Shown here: piece after piece, positions 1 through 8,140 of the stretch | How the letters are laid out: every line of letters starts with the position of its first letter | Numbering within the stretch: the first letter of the stretch is position 1 | Origin: Candidatus Eiseniibacteriota bacterium | GTDB lineage: Bacteria > Joyebacterota > Joyebacteria > Joyebacterales > Joyebacteraceae | NCBI GenBank assembly: GCA_043819135.1 | Contig: JBDRFG010000113.1 | Span: 1-26,191 of the forward strand | DNA length: 26,191 nt | Direction of reading: 5' to 3' | Position numbers and translations under genes: made by a program | Notes under the pieces: model-generated | What the model saw: only the letters and a program-made list of their open reading frames with translations | Databases searched by the model: none | Told to the model about the DNA's origin: nothing

Positions 1-1
1 C

Positions 2-238
2 GAGCACGAGGGCGCCATCGGGATACCCTTCACCATGCTCGCGCTCGAGGAGTGCGGGAGGAAGCTCTTCGCCAACGTCGTCGCTCTCGGCGCCGTGGTC
101 GAGCTGACTGGTGTCGTCCAGTGGGAGAGTCTCCGAGCGGCGGTTCTGGAACGAGTCCCCAAGGGCACGGAGTCGATAAACGAGAAGGCCCTCACGCTGG
201 GCAGGTCTGCCGCGAGGGAGGCTCGGAATGAGTCCTGA
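2..238 (+). CDS. 2-oxoacid:ferredoxin oxidoreductase gamma subunit (KorC/PorC-like), C-terminal part; 5' end outside the window
   Basis: Frame is open from base 2: EHEGAIGIPFTMLALEECGRKLFANVVALGAVVELTGVV...VLERVPKGTESINEKALTLG. This matches the 'IPFT.iA.e.lG....aN.ValGa' and 'N.kA...G' pattern of OFOR gamma subunits. The stop overlaps the ndk start. Confidence 0.8.
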   Translation, partial: EHEGAIGIPFTMLALEECGRKLFANVVALGAVVELTGVVQWESLRAAVLERVPKGTESINEKALTLGRSAAREARNES

Positions 239-701
239 TGCATCGATCGCGTTCCTGATGATCAAGCCGTGCGCGGTCGCCGATGGGCACATCGGCGACA
301 TCGTGGCCGCGCTCGAGTGCGCGGGCTTCTCCGTCGCGGGCATCGCGTCGCGGAAGCTCACCGCGGCCGAGGCGAGCCTTCTCTACGACGTTCACGAGGG
401 CAAGCCCTTCTTCGGCCCCCTGGTCGACTTCATAACATCCGGGATGACCGTCGGACTGCTTCTGAGCGGACCCGGTATCCCGGCTCTCAGGAAGCTCATC
501 GGAGCGACGGACCCCTCCAAGGCAGAGCCCGGCACGATCAGGGCGCTGTACGGAAGGAGTCTCCGCGAGAACGCTGTTCACGCGTCCGATTCGAACGAGA
601 GGATCGAGCACGAGGCGCGCTGCTACTTCGAGGATTGCCCGAGGACTCTGACCGCGGACGTTCTCCAGGACGTGGGCGGCGCGGACCGGGAGGACAGATG
701 A
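228..701 (+). CDS. ndk: nucleoside diphosphate kinase
   Basis: Motifs MIKP, HEGKPFF, GATDPSKAEPGTIRALYG and ENAVHASDS (phosphorylated His). SD GGAGG precedes the ATG. Confidence 0.95.
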   Translation: MSPDASIAFLMIKPCAVADGHIGDIVAALECAGFSVAGIASRKLTAAEASLLYDVHEGKPFFGPLVDFITSGMTVGLLLSGPGIPALRKLIGATDPSKAEPGTIRALYGRSLRENAVHASDSNERIEHEARCYFEDCPRTLTADVLQDVGGADREDR

Positions 702-1216
702 CGGACGCAGTAGGTTTGGGCGGAGCGACGCCCGAGCAGCTCTCCATCGTAGACCGCATCGCGGAAGGGCTCGGTGGGGTGCGGGGCGCCCTGATCCCGC
801 TACTTCAGCAGGTCCAGGCCGAGATCAGCTACCTGCCGCCGGCAGTGATGGACCGCATCGCCGAGAGGTCCGGCGTGCCCGCCGCACGCGTCTTCGGCGT
901 CGCGAGCTTCTATTCGCAGTTCAGGCTCGAGCCGGTAGGCAAGCACATCATCAGGGTGTGCCAGGGCACGGCCTGCCACGTTCAGGGGGCCGTCGCAATA
1001 TCGGAGGCCGTTTGCGACGAACTGCGTGTCGCGGAAGGCGAGACCACGGAGGACGGGGAGTTCACGGTGGAGCCGGTGGCGTGCCTGGGCTGCTGCAGCC
1101 TGGCTCCCGTCATCATGATAGACGAGAACGCGTTCGGTCGGCTGACGCCGGACGAGGCGAGGAAGACCGTGAAGAACTACGGCGCCACTCGGACCGGCGG
1201 CGGCGCGAAGGCGTGA
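698..1216 (+). CDS. NuoE/HndA/StnA-like thioredoxin-fold [2Fe-2S] subunit, 172 aa
   Basis: ATG at 698 in an ATGA overlap with the ndk stop, SD GGAGGA upstream (the ORF track over-extends to 269). Motifs LIPLLQQVQ, GVASFYSQF, VCQGTACHVQG, ACLGCCSLAPV. Confidence 0.93.
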   Translation: MTDAVGLGGATPEQLSIVDRIAEGLGGVRGALIPLLQQVQAEISYLPPAVMDRIAERSGVPAARVFGVASFYSQFRLEPVGKHIIRVCQGTACHVQGAVAISEAVCDELRVAEGETTEDGEFTVEPVACLGCCSLAPVIMIDENAFGRLTPDEARKTVKNYGATRTGGGAKA

Positions 1217-1238
1217 CCGGCTGACCAAGAGGGTATTG

Positions 1239-3026
1239 ATGGCGGACCAGACGACAGCGAGCAGGGTGACGGTCGGACTCTCGAGCTGCGGCATAGCGGC
1301 CGGCGCAGCTCACGTGTTCGACGAGTTCCGGAACGAACTCGAGGGCAAGGGGCTGGGCGTGCTCCTCAAGCGCACCGGCTGCATAGGCATGTGCTATCGG
1401 GAGCCGCTGGTCGACGTGGACATTCCGGGAGCAGGGCGCGTGACGTATGGTGGCGTGACTCCAGAGCAGGTGGCCCGGATCGTCGAGGAACACATCGTCG
1501 GCGGTCGTCCTGTCGAGGAACTGATGGTGAGGGCGGAGGGGAAGGAGCTGCCGGACGACTCGTACTACGAGCGCCAGGTCAGGCTGGTCCTCCGGAACGC
1601 CGGGTTGATCGACCCCGAATCGATAGACGACTACATCGCCGCGGGCGGCTACGACGCCCTGAAGAAGGCGCTGACCGACATGACGCCCGAGGGCGTTATC
1701 GAGGAGGTCAAGGCGTCGGGGCTTCGCGGCAGAGGAGGGGCGGGCTTCCCGGCCGGCATCAAGTGGGAACTCTGCGCGAAGCAGGAGGCGACGCCCAAGT
1801 ACATGATAGTGAACGCTGACGAGGGTGACCCCGGCGCGTTCATGGACCGGAGCATTCTTGAGGGCGACCCCCACTCCGTTCTGGAAGGCCTCACGATCGC
1901 CGCGTACGCGATCGGCGCGTCCGAGGGGTACGTCTACGCGCGGGCGGAGTACCCGCTCGCGGTCAAGAGGCTCAAGATGGCCATCGCCGATTCGCTGGAA
2001 CGCGGATTCCTGGGCGACAACATCGCGGGCTCGGGCTTCAGCTTCCATGTGGGCATAAAGGAGGGCGCGGGCGCGTTCGTGTGCGGCGAGGAGACGGCGC
2101 TCATCGCCTCGATCGAGGGGAAGCGCGGTATGCCCAGACTTCGTCCGCCGTTCCCCGCGGCCGAGGGTCTGTGGGGCAAGCCGACGAACAACAATAACGT
2201 CGAGACCTACGCGAACATCCCGTGGATAGTCCTGAACGGCGCCGAGGCATACGCCTCGTACGGCACGGAGACCAGCAAGGGGACGAAGGTCTTCGCGCTG
2301 GCCGGGAAGATCGTCAGGGGAGGCCTCGTCGAGGTCCCGATGGGCATACCGCTCAGGGACATCATCTTCGACGTCGGCGGCGGCATTCCAGAGGGCCGCA
2401 AGTTCAAGGCCGTCCAGCTCGGGGGACCCTCGGGCGGGTGCGTTCCCGAGGAGCACATCGACATCAAGATCGACTACGAATCCGTCACGAAGACGGGCGC
2501 CATCATGGGGTCGGGCGGCATGGTGGTGATGGATGACAGGACATGCATGGTGGACATCGCCCGTTTCTTCCTCCAGTTCACGCAGGACGAGAGCTGCGGC
2601 AAGTGCACGTTCTGCCGCATCGGCACCAAGCGGATGCTGGAGATCCTCGACAGGATCACCAGGGGCGAGGGCAGGGAGGGTGACATCGAGCGTCTCGAGG
2701 AGCTGGGGCAGAAGATCGTTTCCTCGTCGCTGTGCGGTCTCGGACAGAGCGCGCCCAATCCCGTACTCACCACGATCAGATACTTCCGCCATGAATACGA
2801 GGCGCACGTCAACGAGAAGCGCTGTCCGGCTCTCGTGTGCAGGCCTCTTCTGACATACGAGATCGATCCCGACAAATGCATCGGCTGCACGCTGTGCACG
2901 AAGGTGTGTCCCGTCGGTGCCGCTTCGGGTGAGCGAAAGAACCCGCACGTGATCGACCAGGATCTCTGCACCAAGTGCGACGCGTGCCGGAAGGCGTGCA
3001 AGTTCGAAGCCGTCACCGTCAGATGA
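1239..3026 (+). CDS. NuoF/HndC/HydB/StnB-like FMN- and NADH-binding subunit with N-terminal thioredoxin-like Fe-S domain and C-terminal 2x[4Fe-4S] domain
   Basis: GLRGRGGAGFP, NADEGDPGAFMDRS, GAGAFVCGEETAL, GGPSGG, ESCGKCTFCRIG, SLCGLG, H-x5-C-x4-C (HVNEKRCPALVC), two C-terminal CxxCxxCxxxC motifs; N-terminal SCGIAAGA...TGCIGMC. Confidence 0.93.
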   Translation: MADQTTASRVTVGLSSCGIAAGAAHVFDEFRNELEGKGLGVLLKRTGCIGMCYREPLVDVDIPGAGRVTYGGVTPEQVARIVEEHIVGGRPVEELMVRAEGKELPDDSYYERQVRLVLRNAGLIDPESIDDYIAAGGYDALKKALTDMTPEGVIEEVKASGLRGRGGAGFPAGIKWELCAKQEATPKYMIVNADEGDPGAFMDRSILEGDPHSVLEGLTIAAYAIGASEGYVYARAEYPLAVKRLKMAIADSLERGFLGDNIAGSGFSFHVGIKEGAGAFVCGEETALIASIEGKRGMPRLRPPFPAAEGLWGKPTNNNNVETYANIPWIVLNGAEAYASYGTETSKGTKVFALAGKIVRGGLVEVPMGIPLRDIIFDVGGGIPEGRKFKAVQLGGPSGGCVPEEHIDIKIDYESVTKTGAIMGSGGMVVMDDRTCMVDIARFFLQFTQDESCGKCTFCRIGTKRMLEILDRITRGEGREGDIERLEELGQKIVSSSLCGLGQSAPNPVLTTIRYFRHEYEAHVNEKRCPALVCRPLLTYEIDPDKCIGCTLCTKVCPVGAASGERKNPHVIDQDLCTKCDACRKACKFEAVTVR

Positions 3027-3078
3027 ACCGGCGAAGAACGGCGCACGCGGCACGCCGCGTCTTCGGAGAGGAACAGTT

Positions 3079-6000
3079 TTGGCTCTGGTAACGATTTCTC
3101 TGAACGGACATGAGTGTGAGGTCGAGAGCGGGATCACGATCCTCGAGGCCGCGCGAGCTAACGGCATAGAGATCCCGACCCTGTGTAACGACGAGCAGCT
3201 CGAACCGTTCACGTCCTGCTGGGTCTGCGCCGTCAAGCTGGAGGGCATGCGGCGCTACGTGCCCTCCTGCGGCACGAGGGTCAGTGCGGGCATGAAGGTC
3301 TGGACCGACACGGAGGACGTTCTTGCGGTCCGGAGAATGGCGCTGGAGCTTCTTCTCTCGAATCACCGCGGTGACTGCGTCGCTCCCTGCAAGGCGGCGT
3401 GCCCCGCCGGCGTGGACGTGCAGGGCTACATCGCCCTGATCGCGGAGGGGCAGTACCGCGAGGCCACGAAGCTCGTCAAACAGGTCAACCCGTTCCCACT
3501 TTCCATAGGCCGGGTCTGCACGCGGCCGTGCGAGACCGACTGCCGCCGGAACGCGGTGGACGGACCCGTGGCCATCGACTACCTGAAGCGCTTCGCGGCC
3601 GACTGGGACATCCAGCACGACGATCCCTACTCACCCGCGGTGCCACCTGCGACCGGCAAGAAGGTCGCGGCCGTGGGCGCGGGTCCCGCGAGCCTCACGC
3701 TGGCCTACTACCTCCGTCAGAAGGGTCACGACGTGACCATCTTCGAGGCGCTGCCGGCGCCCGGCGGAATGCTGAGGTACGGCATACCGGAGTACCGCCT
3801 GCCCAAGGCGACGCTCGACGAGGAGGTGGGACTCATCACCGCCCTCGGCGCCGAGGTCCGGTACGGGCGTGCCATGGGACGCGATTTCGCGCTCTCCGAC
3901 CTCTTCGCGGACGGCTACGACGCGATCTTCTTAGGGCTGGGCGCCATGGGCAGTCGCATGATGAAGGTCGAGGGCGAGGAGCTGGACGGCGTCTGGGCCG
4001 GCACGGAGTTCCTCAAGAAGATGGGACTCGAAGAGACGGTGGGTATAGGCCGTCACGTTGCCGTCATCGGTGGCGGGAACACGGCGGTCGATGCCGCGAG
4101 GACCAGTCTGAGACTCGGCGCCGACAAGGTCACAATCGTCTATCGGCGCTCGAGGGCCGAGATGCCGGCATGGGATGTCGAGGTCGAGGCGGCGCTCCAC
4201 GAGGGCGTCGAGATGCACTTCCTCGCCGCGCCCACGAAGATAGAGGGGGCCGGGCGTTGCGAACGCCTGGAGTACATCGAGATGGAGCTGGGTGAACCCG
4301 ATCAGAGCGGCAGGCGTCGCCCCGTTCCTATCGAGGGTTCCGAGAAGATACTCGAGGTCGACAACGTCATCGCGGCCATCGGACAGGTGCCCGACCTCTC
4401 GGCCATCAGTGACACGGTCGAGAGAGACGGGAGCGCCATGGAGGCGCAGCTCGGACTTACCAGGTGGGGCACCATCGTCGCCGACGAGGTGACCGGAGCC
4501 ACCTCGGTGCCGGGCGTCTTCGCCGGCGGCGACGTCGTCACCGGCGCCGCCACGGCCATCGAAGCGATCGCCGCCGGAGGGCGTTCCGCCCGGGCGATAG
4601 ACCGGATGCTCAGGGGAGAGGACGTTTGCGCGGTCGAGCCCTTCTTCAACATCCAGAAGGAGCGGTGGGACGACTTCCCCGAGGACGGGCTTGCCGACGT
4701 TGTCCGTGCGCCGAGGCAGGAGATGCCCGAGCTCTCCGTGGAGGAGCGTATACGCACGTTCGACGAGGTCGAGCTAGGCTACTCCGAGGAGCAGGCCCTG
4801 GTCGAGACGGAGCGCTGTCTCGAGTGTGGCTGCGCTTCCGCCTTCACGTGCAGACTGCGCCAGTACTCCGCCGAATACAGCGCGTCCACGGGTGACTTCG
4901 GCGGAGACGTAGTGGACGACCCGCCGGACGAGCGGCATCCCTTCATCCGCCTGGAGCCGGAGAAGTGCATCCTGTGCGGCAGGTGCGTCCGCATCTGCGA
5001 GGAGGTCCAGGGTGCTGCGGCACTCGGCTTCTTCAGGAGGGGCTTCGACACTCAGATGAAGCCGGGACTCGACAGGGCCCTGGCCGAGACCACCTGCGAA
5101 TCCTGCGGCCAGTGCGTCTCGACGTGTCCCACGGCCGCACTCTCCGCGGTGATAGACCTCCCGAAGCCGGGCCCCTGGGCCGGGCGCGCGACGAGGTCGA
5201 CCTGCACGTTCTGCGGCACGGGATGTCCCGTGATACTGCACACGGTCGGTGGTGCTCTGGACAGGGTAGAACCCGTGCCCACGAGCATAGACGGTCACAC
5301 CAATCTCTGCGTACGAGGTCGCTTCGGATTCGGAGTCCGGGCGTCCGACGACCGCTTCCTGGCCCCGGCCGTTCGCACAGGCGGCGCTCTCGAGGAGACA
5401 TCCTTGGAACGGGCGGCGGAGACCGTGGCGAAAAAGATGAAGTCGGTGATCGAAGAGCACGGACCCGATAGCGTGGCAGTATTCGTCTCGCCTCGCGTCA
5501 CGAACGAGACGGCGCACAGATTGGTCAGGCTGGGCCGTGAGGCCCTGAGCACCGCCAACGTCGGCTCGTACGGGCTGGTTCGGGAGTCCGGCGTCTTCGC
5601 CGCACTCGAGCGTGCGCTCGGTCATCCCGCGTCCACTGCGTCGTATGAGGACGTCAGGGCCGCCGACGTTATCCTGTTGCTCGATTCGGACATTGCCGAA
5701 GAACAGACGGTGCTCGGTGTCTCGGTTCGGAAGGCCGTCAGGAACGGAGCGCGACTCATCGTGGTCTCTCCCGAGGAGACCAGGATGTCAAAGATGGCGC
5801 ACGTCTGGATACAGGCCGAGCGCAGGGATCTTTCGAACGTGCTCCTAGCCATGGCGGGGCGCGCTCTCGCCGCGGGGGCCGACCCGACTGGTCTGCCGTT
5901 CGAACTGCGAGGCCTCGAGACGTTCCGGAAGCTGGCGGTGTCGGCTACCGTGAGCGCCACCGTGACCGGCGGTACCCTCGATGAAGCGGCCGACGCACTC

Positions 6001-6813
6001 GTTTCGGCCGAGAGAGCCGTCGTCGTCGCCAACTCGGGTTCCTTCGATGTCGCTGTCGCCGAGCGCGACGCGGCCCTGGCGGTCGCGTTGTCGGTCGTCA
6101 CGGCTTCGGCCGCGACCGCACCGCTGGTTCTCTTTGCCCGCACGCGAGCTAACGGGCAGGGCCTGTCCGATCTGGGGATCGCGCGCGAATCAGTGAGGCT
6201 GGCGCGGGGGGTCGCAGCGGGTTCCATCCGTGCGGCGCTCATCATAGGTGAGGATCCGGTGTCGGGAGCCGCCGATCCGGAGCGCGTCCGCGAATCGCTT
6301 GCTGGTCTCGACTTCCTGATGGTCGCGGACACGGTACCGACGGAAACGACCGCGCTTGCCGACGTTGTCATACCTCTGACCGCCCCGGGCGAGTCGAGCG
6401 GGAGCTTCACGAGCAGCGAGCGCAGGGTCCAGGCGGTCGCCGGGCCGCTCATTCCTCCGGCGGGGTTCACCGACCTTGAGATGGTCTCGGCGCTGGCGGT
6501 AGCGTTGGGTGTCGAGCTGGGGCCGACCGATGCTATGGTCGTGCGCGGCGAGCTGGCTGCGGAGCTGGGCCTGCCCGGGTTCCCTTCGGGCGGTCTACCT
6601 CCGGACGGCGTTCGGTGGGGTGGCGAGACGCTCTATGAGGGAGGACCGAGGACTCCCGACGGCGTTCTCGACCTTACGACTCCGATGGTTGACGCTCCGG
6701 AGCTCATAATCGACCCTCGCTGGACCGATTCCGTCGAGATCCGCTTCTCGAAGCTGGTCGAAGAGGTCGGGCTCGGGCCTCGCGTGGTCCGGCGCCATCG
6801 AGTTAGCGCTTGA
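3079..6813 (+). CDS. StnC/NfnA-like large subunit: NuoG-type [2Fe-2S] + GltD-like FAD/NADPH oxidoreductase + 2x[4Fe-4S] + molybdopterin-oxidoreductase-like domain without metal ligand
   Basis: TTG start after SD GGAGAGG. IPTLC...SCWVC...PSC; APCKAACP, GRVCTRPCETDC, GAGPAS, GGMLRYGIPEYRLP, GGGNTAVD, YRRSR, FAGGD; CILCGRCVRIC, CESCGQCVSTCP; CTFCGTGC...LCVRGRFG; ADVVIP...ESSGSFTSSERRVQ. Confidence 0.88.
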   Translation: MALVTISLNGHECEVESGITILEAARANGIEIPTLCNDEQLEPFTSCWVCAVKLEGMRRYVPSCGTRVSAGMKVWTDTEDVLAVRRMALELLLSNHRGDCVAPCKAACPAGVDVQGYIALIAEGQYREATKLVKQVNPFPLSIGRVCTRPCETDCRRNAVDGPVAIDYLKRFAADWDIQHDDPYSPAVPPATGKKVAAVGAGPASLTLAYYLRQKGHDVTIFEALPAPGGMLRYGIPEYRLPKATLDEEVGLITALGAEVRYGRAMGRDFALSDLFADGYDAIFLGLGAMGSRMMKVEGEELDGVWAGTEFLKKMGLEETVGIGRHVAVIGGGNTAVDAARTSLRLGADKVTIVYRRSRAEMPAWDVEVEAALHEGVEMHFLAAPTKIEGAGRCERLEYIEMELGEPDQSGRRRPVPIEGSEKILEVDNVIAAIGQVPDLSAISDTVERDGSAMEAQLGLTRWGTIVADEVTGATSVPGVFAGGDVVTGAATAIEAIAAGGRSARAIDRMLRGEDVCAVEPFFNIQKERWDDFPEDGLADVVRAPRQEMPELSVEERIRTFDEVELGYSEEQALVETERCLECGCASAFTCRLRQYSAEYSASTGDFGGDVVDDPPDERHPFIRLEPEKCILCGRCVRICEEVQGAAALGFFRRGFDTQMKPGLDRALAETTCESCGQCVSTCPTAALSAVIDLPKPGPWAGRATRSTCTFCGTGCPVILHTVGGALDRVEPVPTSIDGHTNLCVRGRFGFGVRASDDRFLAPAVRTGGALEETSLERAAETVAKKMKSVIEEHGPDSVAVFVSPRVTNETAHRLVRLGREALSTANVGSYGLVRESGVFAALERALGHPASTASYEDVRAADVILLLDSDIAEEQTVLGVSVRKAVRNGARLIVVSPEETRMSKMAHVWIQAERRDLSNVLLAMAGRALAAGADPTGLPFELRGLETFRKLAVSATVSATVTGGTLDEAADALVSAERAVVVANSGSFDVAVAERDAALAVALSVVTASAATAPLVLFARTRANGQGLSDLGIARESVRLARGVAAGSIRAALIIGEDPVSGAADPERVRESLAGLDFLMVADTVPTETTALADVVIPLTAPGESSGSFTSSERRVQAVAGPLIPPAGFTDLEMVSALAVALGVELGPTDAMVVRGELAAELGLPGFPSGGLPPDGVRWGGETLYEGGPRTPDGVLDLTTPMVDAPELIIDPRWTDSVEIRFSKLVEEVGLGPRVVRRHRVSA

Positions 6814-6838
6814 CTTGGCGGTAGGCCGAAACTAGTAT
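6810..6838 (+). promoter_or_regulatory. sigma70-type promoter for the rpmF-plsX-fab cluster
   Basis: TTGACT (6810-6815), 17-nt spacer, TAGTAT (6833-6838); the -35 box overlaps the stop codon of the upstream gene. Confidence 0.7.
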
Positions 6839-6858
6839 AGCGTGCAGTGTTACGCTCT

Positions 6859-6883
6859 GCAGGGACCCTTCTGGGGTCCCTGC
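6859..6883 (+). other. inverted repeat / hairpin in the rpmF leader
   Basis: GCAGGGACCC (6859-6868) pairs perfectly with GGGTCCCTGC (6874-6883); no U-tract follows. Confidence 0.6.
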
Positions 6884-6914
6884 GGTCCAACATATTCATG
6901 TACGTGGAGGGATC

Positions 6915-7103
6915 ATGGCTGTTCCGAAGAGAAAGAGCTCCAAGACACGGGGCCGCAAGCGCAGGACCCACGAGAAGGTAGCGCACCCGGCGGTCTCGGT
7001 CTGCCCCAAGTGCGGCGAAGCGAAGCTCCCGCACAGGGTATGTCCCCATTGCGGGGTCTACAACGGCAGGGAGATCGTGGCGGCCGAGAAGGAGAGCGAG
7101 TAG
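6915..7103 (+). CDS. rpmF: 50S ribosomal protein L32 (zinc-ribbon form)
   Basis: [10 protein letters not shown]...[28 protein letters not shown]. Confidence 0.97.
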   Translation: MAVPKRKSSKTRGRKRRTHEKVAHPAVSVCPKCGEAKLPHRVCPHCGVYNGREIVAAEKESE

Positions 7104-7129
7104 CGGGTTCCTGATGTGTGGGAGGAAGA

Positions 7130-8140
7130 TTGACCGGTCTAGCGGGTGAATCCAGGGGGCCGATCAGGATAGCGATCGACGCCATGGGCAGCGAGAACGC
7201 GCCCGGTGTCGAGGTGGAGGGCGCACTCGCGGCGATTCGCGAATCCGACGGGGCGGTCGAGGTCGTGCTGGTCGGCAAAGAGGACCTCGTACGGGAAGAG
7301 CTTGCTGGTCACGACCACGAGGGGCTTCCCATCTCCGTGGTCAATGCCGACGAGATCATCGAAATGACAGATTCCCCCGCGTCTGCCGTGAGGCGGAAGC
7401 GGGGGGCTTCTATTGTGGTGGCCACCGAGCTTCACAAGCGTGGCGAGGTTGACGGGCTCGTCAGCGCCGGCAACACGGGCGCGGTCGTCGCCTCGACGCT
7501 CCTCGGGCTCGGCATGTTGCCGTGCGTGCGTCGCCCAGCGATAGCAAGTGTCTTTCCGACCATCAAGGAACCGGCGGTCGTGCTGGACGTGGGCGCGAGC
7601 ATCGACTCGCGGCCCACCGACCTCCTCGAGTTCGCGGCCATGGGCGAGGTCCTGGCGCAGTGCCTTCTGGATCGGGAAAACCCAAGAGTGGCCCTGATGA
7701 ACATAGGAGAGGAGCCGACCAAAGGCAGCCAGCTCACACAGGAGACCTACGCCCTTCTGGCCGGCAGCGTGCTCAACTTCGTCGGCAACGTGGAGGGCAA
7801 GAGCATTTTCCAGGGAGCGGCGGACGTGGTCGTCTGCGACGGCTTCGTGGGGAACATCATGCTCAAGCTGGCCGAGGGGATGAGGGACATGCTCTGGAGC
7901 GCGCTGGGTGGGTCGAGCGCGGCGGAGAGCCTGAACTCGTTCGCCAGTCAGTTCGACTACGCGGAGTACGGCGGAGCACCGCTTCTCGGGGTCGCCGGTG
8001 TGGTCATCATCGCGCACGGGTCGTCTTCGCCCAAGGCGATCAAGAATGCGGTCAAGGTGGCCGCGCGTTTCGTGGACACGGACATGGATGCGAGGATAGT
8101 GAGCAGACTCAGAGAGGTCGGTGGAGTCGATGGCCAATAG
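7130..8140 (+). CDS. plsX: phosphate acyltransferase PlsX
   Basis: IAIDAMGSENAP, VSAGNTGA, RRPAIA, LDVGA, NIGEEPTKG, NFVGNVEG, DGFVGNIMLK, YGGAPLLGV, HGSS. I chose the TTG at 7130 as start because GGAGGA lies just upstream; the GTG at 7118 is an alternative. Confidence 0.95.
   Translation: MTGLAGESRGPIRIAIDAMGSENAPGVEVEGALAAIRESDGAVEVVLVGKEDLVREELAGHDHEGLPISVVNADEIIEMTDSPASAVRRKRGASIVVATELHKRGEVDGLVSAGNTGAVVASTLLGLGMLPCVRRPAIASVFPTIKEPAVVLDVGASIDSRPTDLLEFAAMGEVLAQCLLDRENPRVALMNIGEEPTKGSQLTQETYALLAGSVLNFVGNVEGKSIFQGAADVVVCDGFVGNIMLKLAEGMRDMLWSALGGSSAAESLNSFASQFDYAEYGGAPLLGVAGVVIIAHGSSSPKAIKNAVKVAARFVDTDMDARIVSRLREVGGVDGQ

Noticed and set aside
269..697. Arg-rich N-terminal extension of the NuoE-like ORF in the ORF track
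   Set aside because: It is an alternative frame of ndk; the real start is the SD-preceded ATG at 698.
3027..3078. Small GC hairpins in short intergenic gaps (also 9123-9200, 14667-14718, 15514-15592)
   Set aside because: Short stems without U-tracts are expected by chance at this GC content, and I found no shared motif among them.
1113..3248. 711-aa ORF on the - strand, and similar long antisense ORFs at 7139-8143, 9237-10592, 13302-14822, 15497-16801, 21242-22300, 23019-24206 and 24158-25276
   Set aside because: They mirror well-supported + strand genes and have no recognisable motifs. Long stop-free antisense frames are expected with strong G/C third-position bias.
5551..5590. Possible selenocysteine (TGA) recoding in the Fdh-like domain
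   Set aside because: There is no in-frame TGA; the frame is open through this region.
698..6813. Respiratory complex I nuoEFG, [FeFe]-hydrogenase, formate dehydrogenase or glutamate synthase
   Set aside because: No other nuo genes, no H-cluster motifs, no Cys/Sec Mo ligand and no gltB in the window; the domain order fits an Stn/Nfn-type enzyme better.
6814..6914. Missing yceD (DUF177) gene that commonly precedes rpmF
   Set aside because: The 100-bp gap holds a promoter and hairpin, with no remnant I can see; absence alone is a minor rearrangement.
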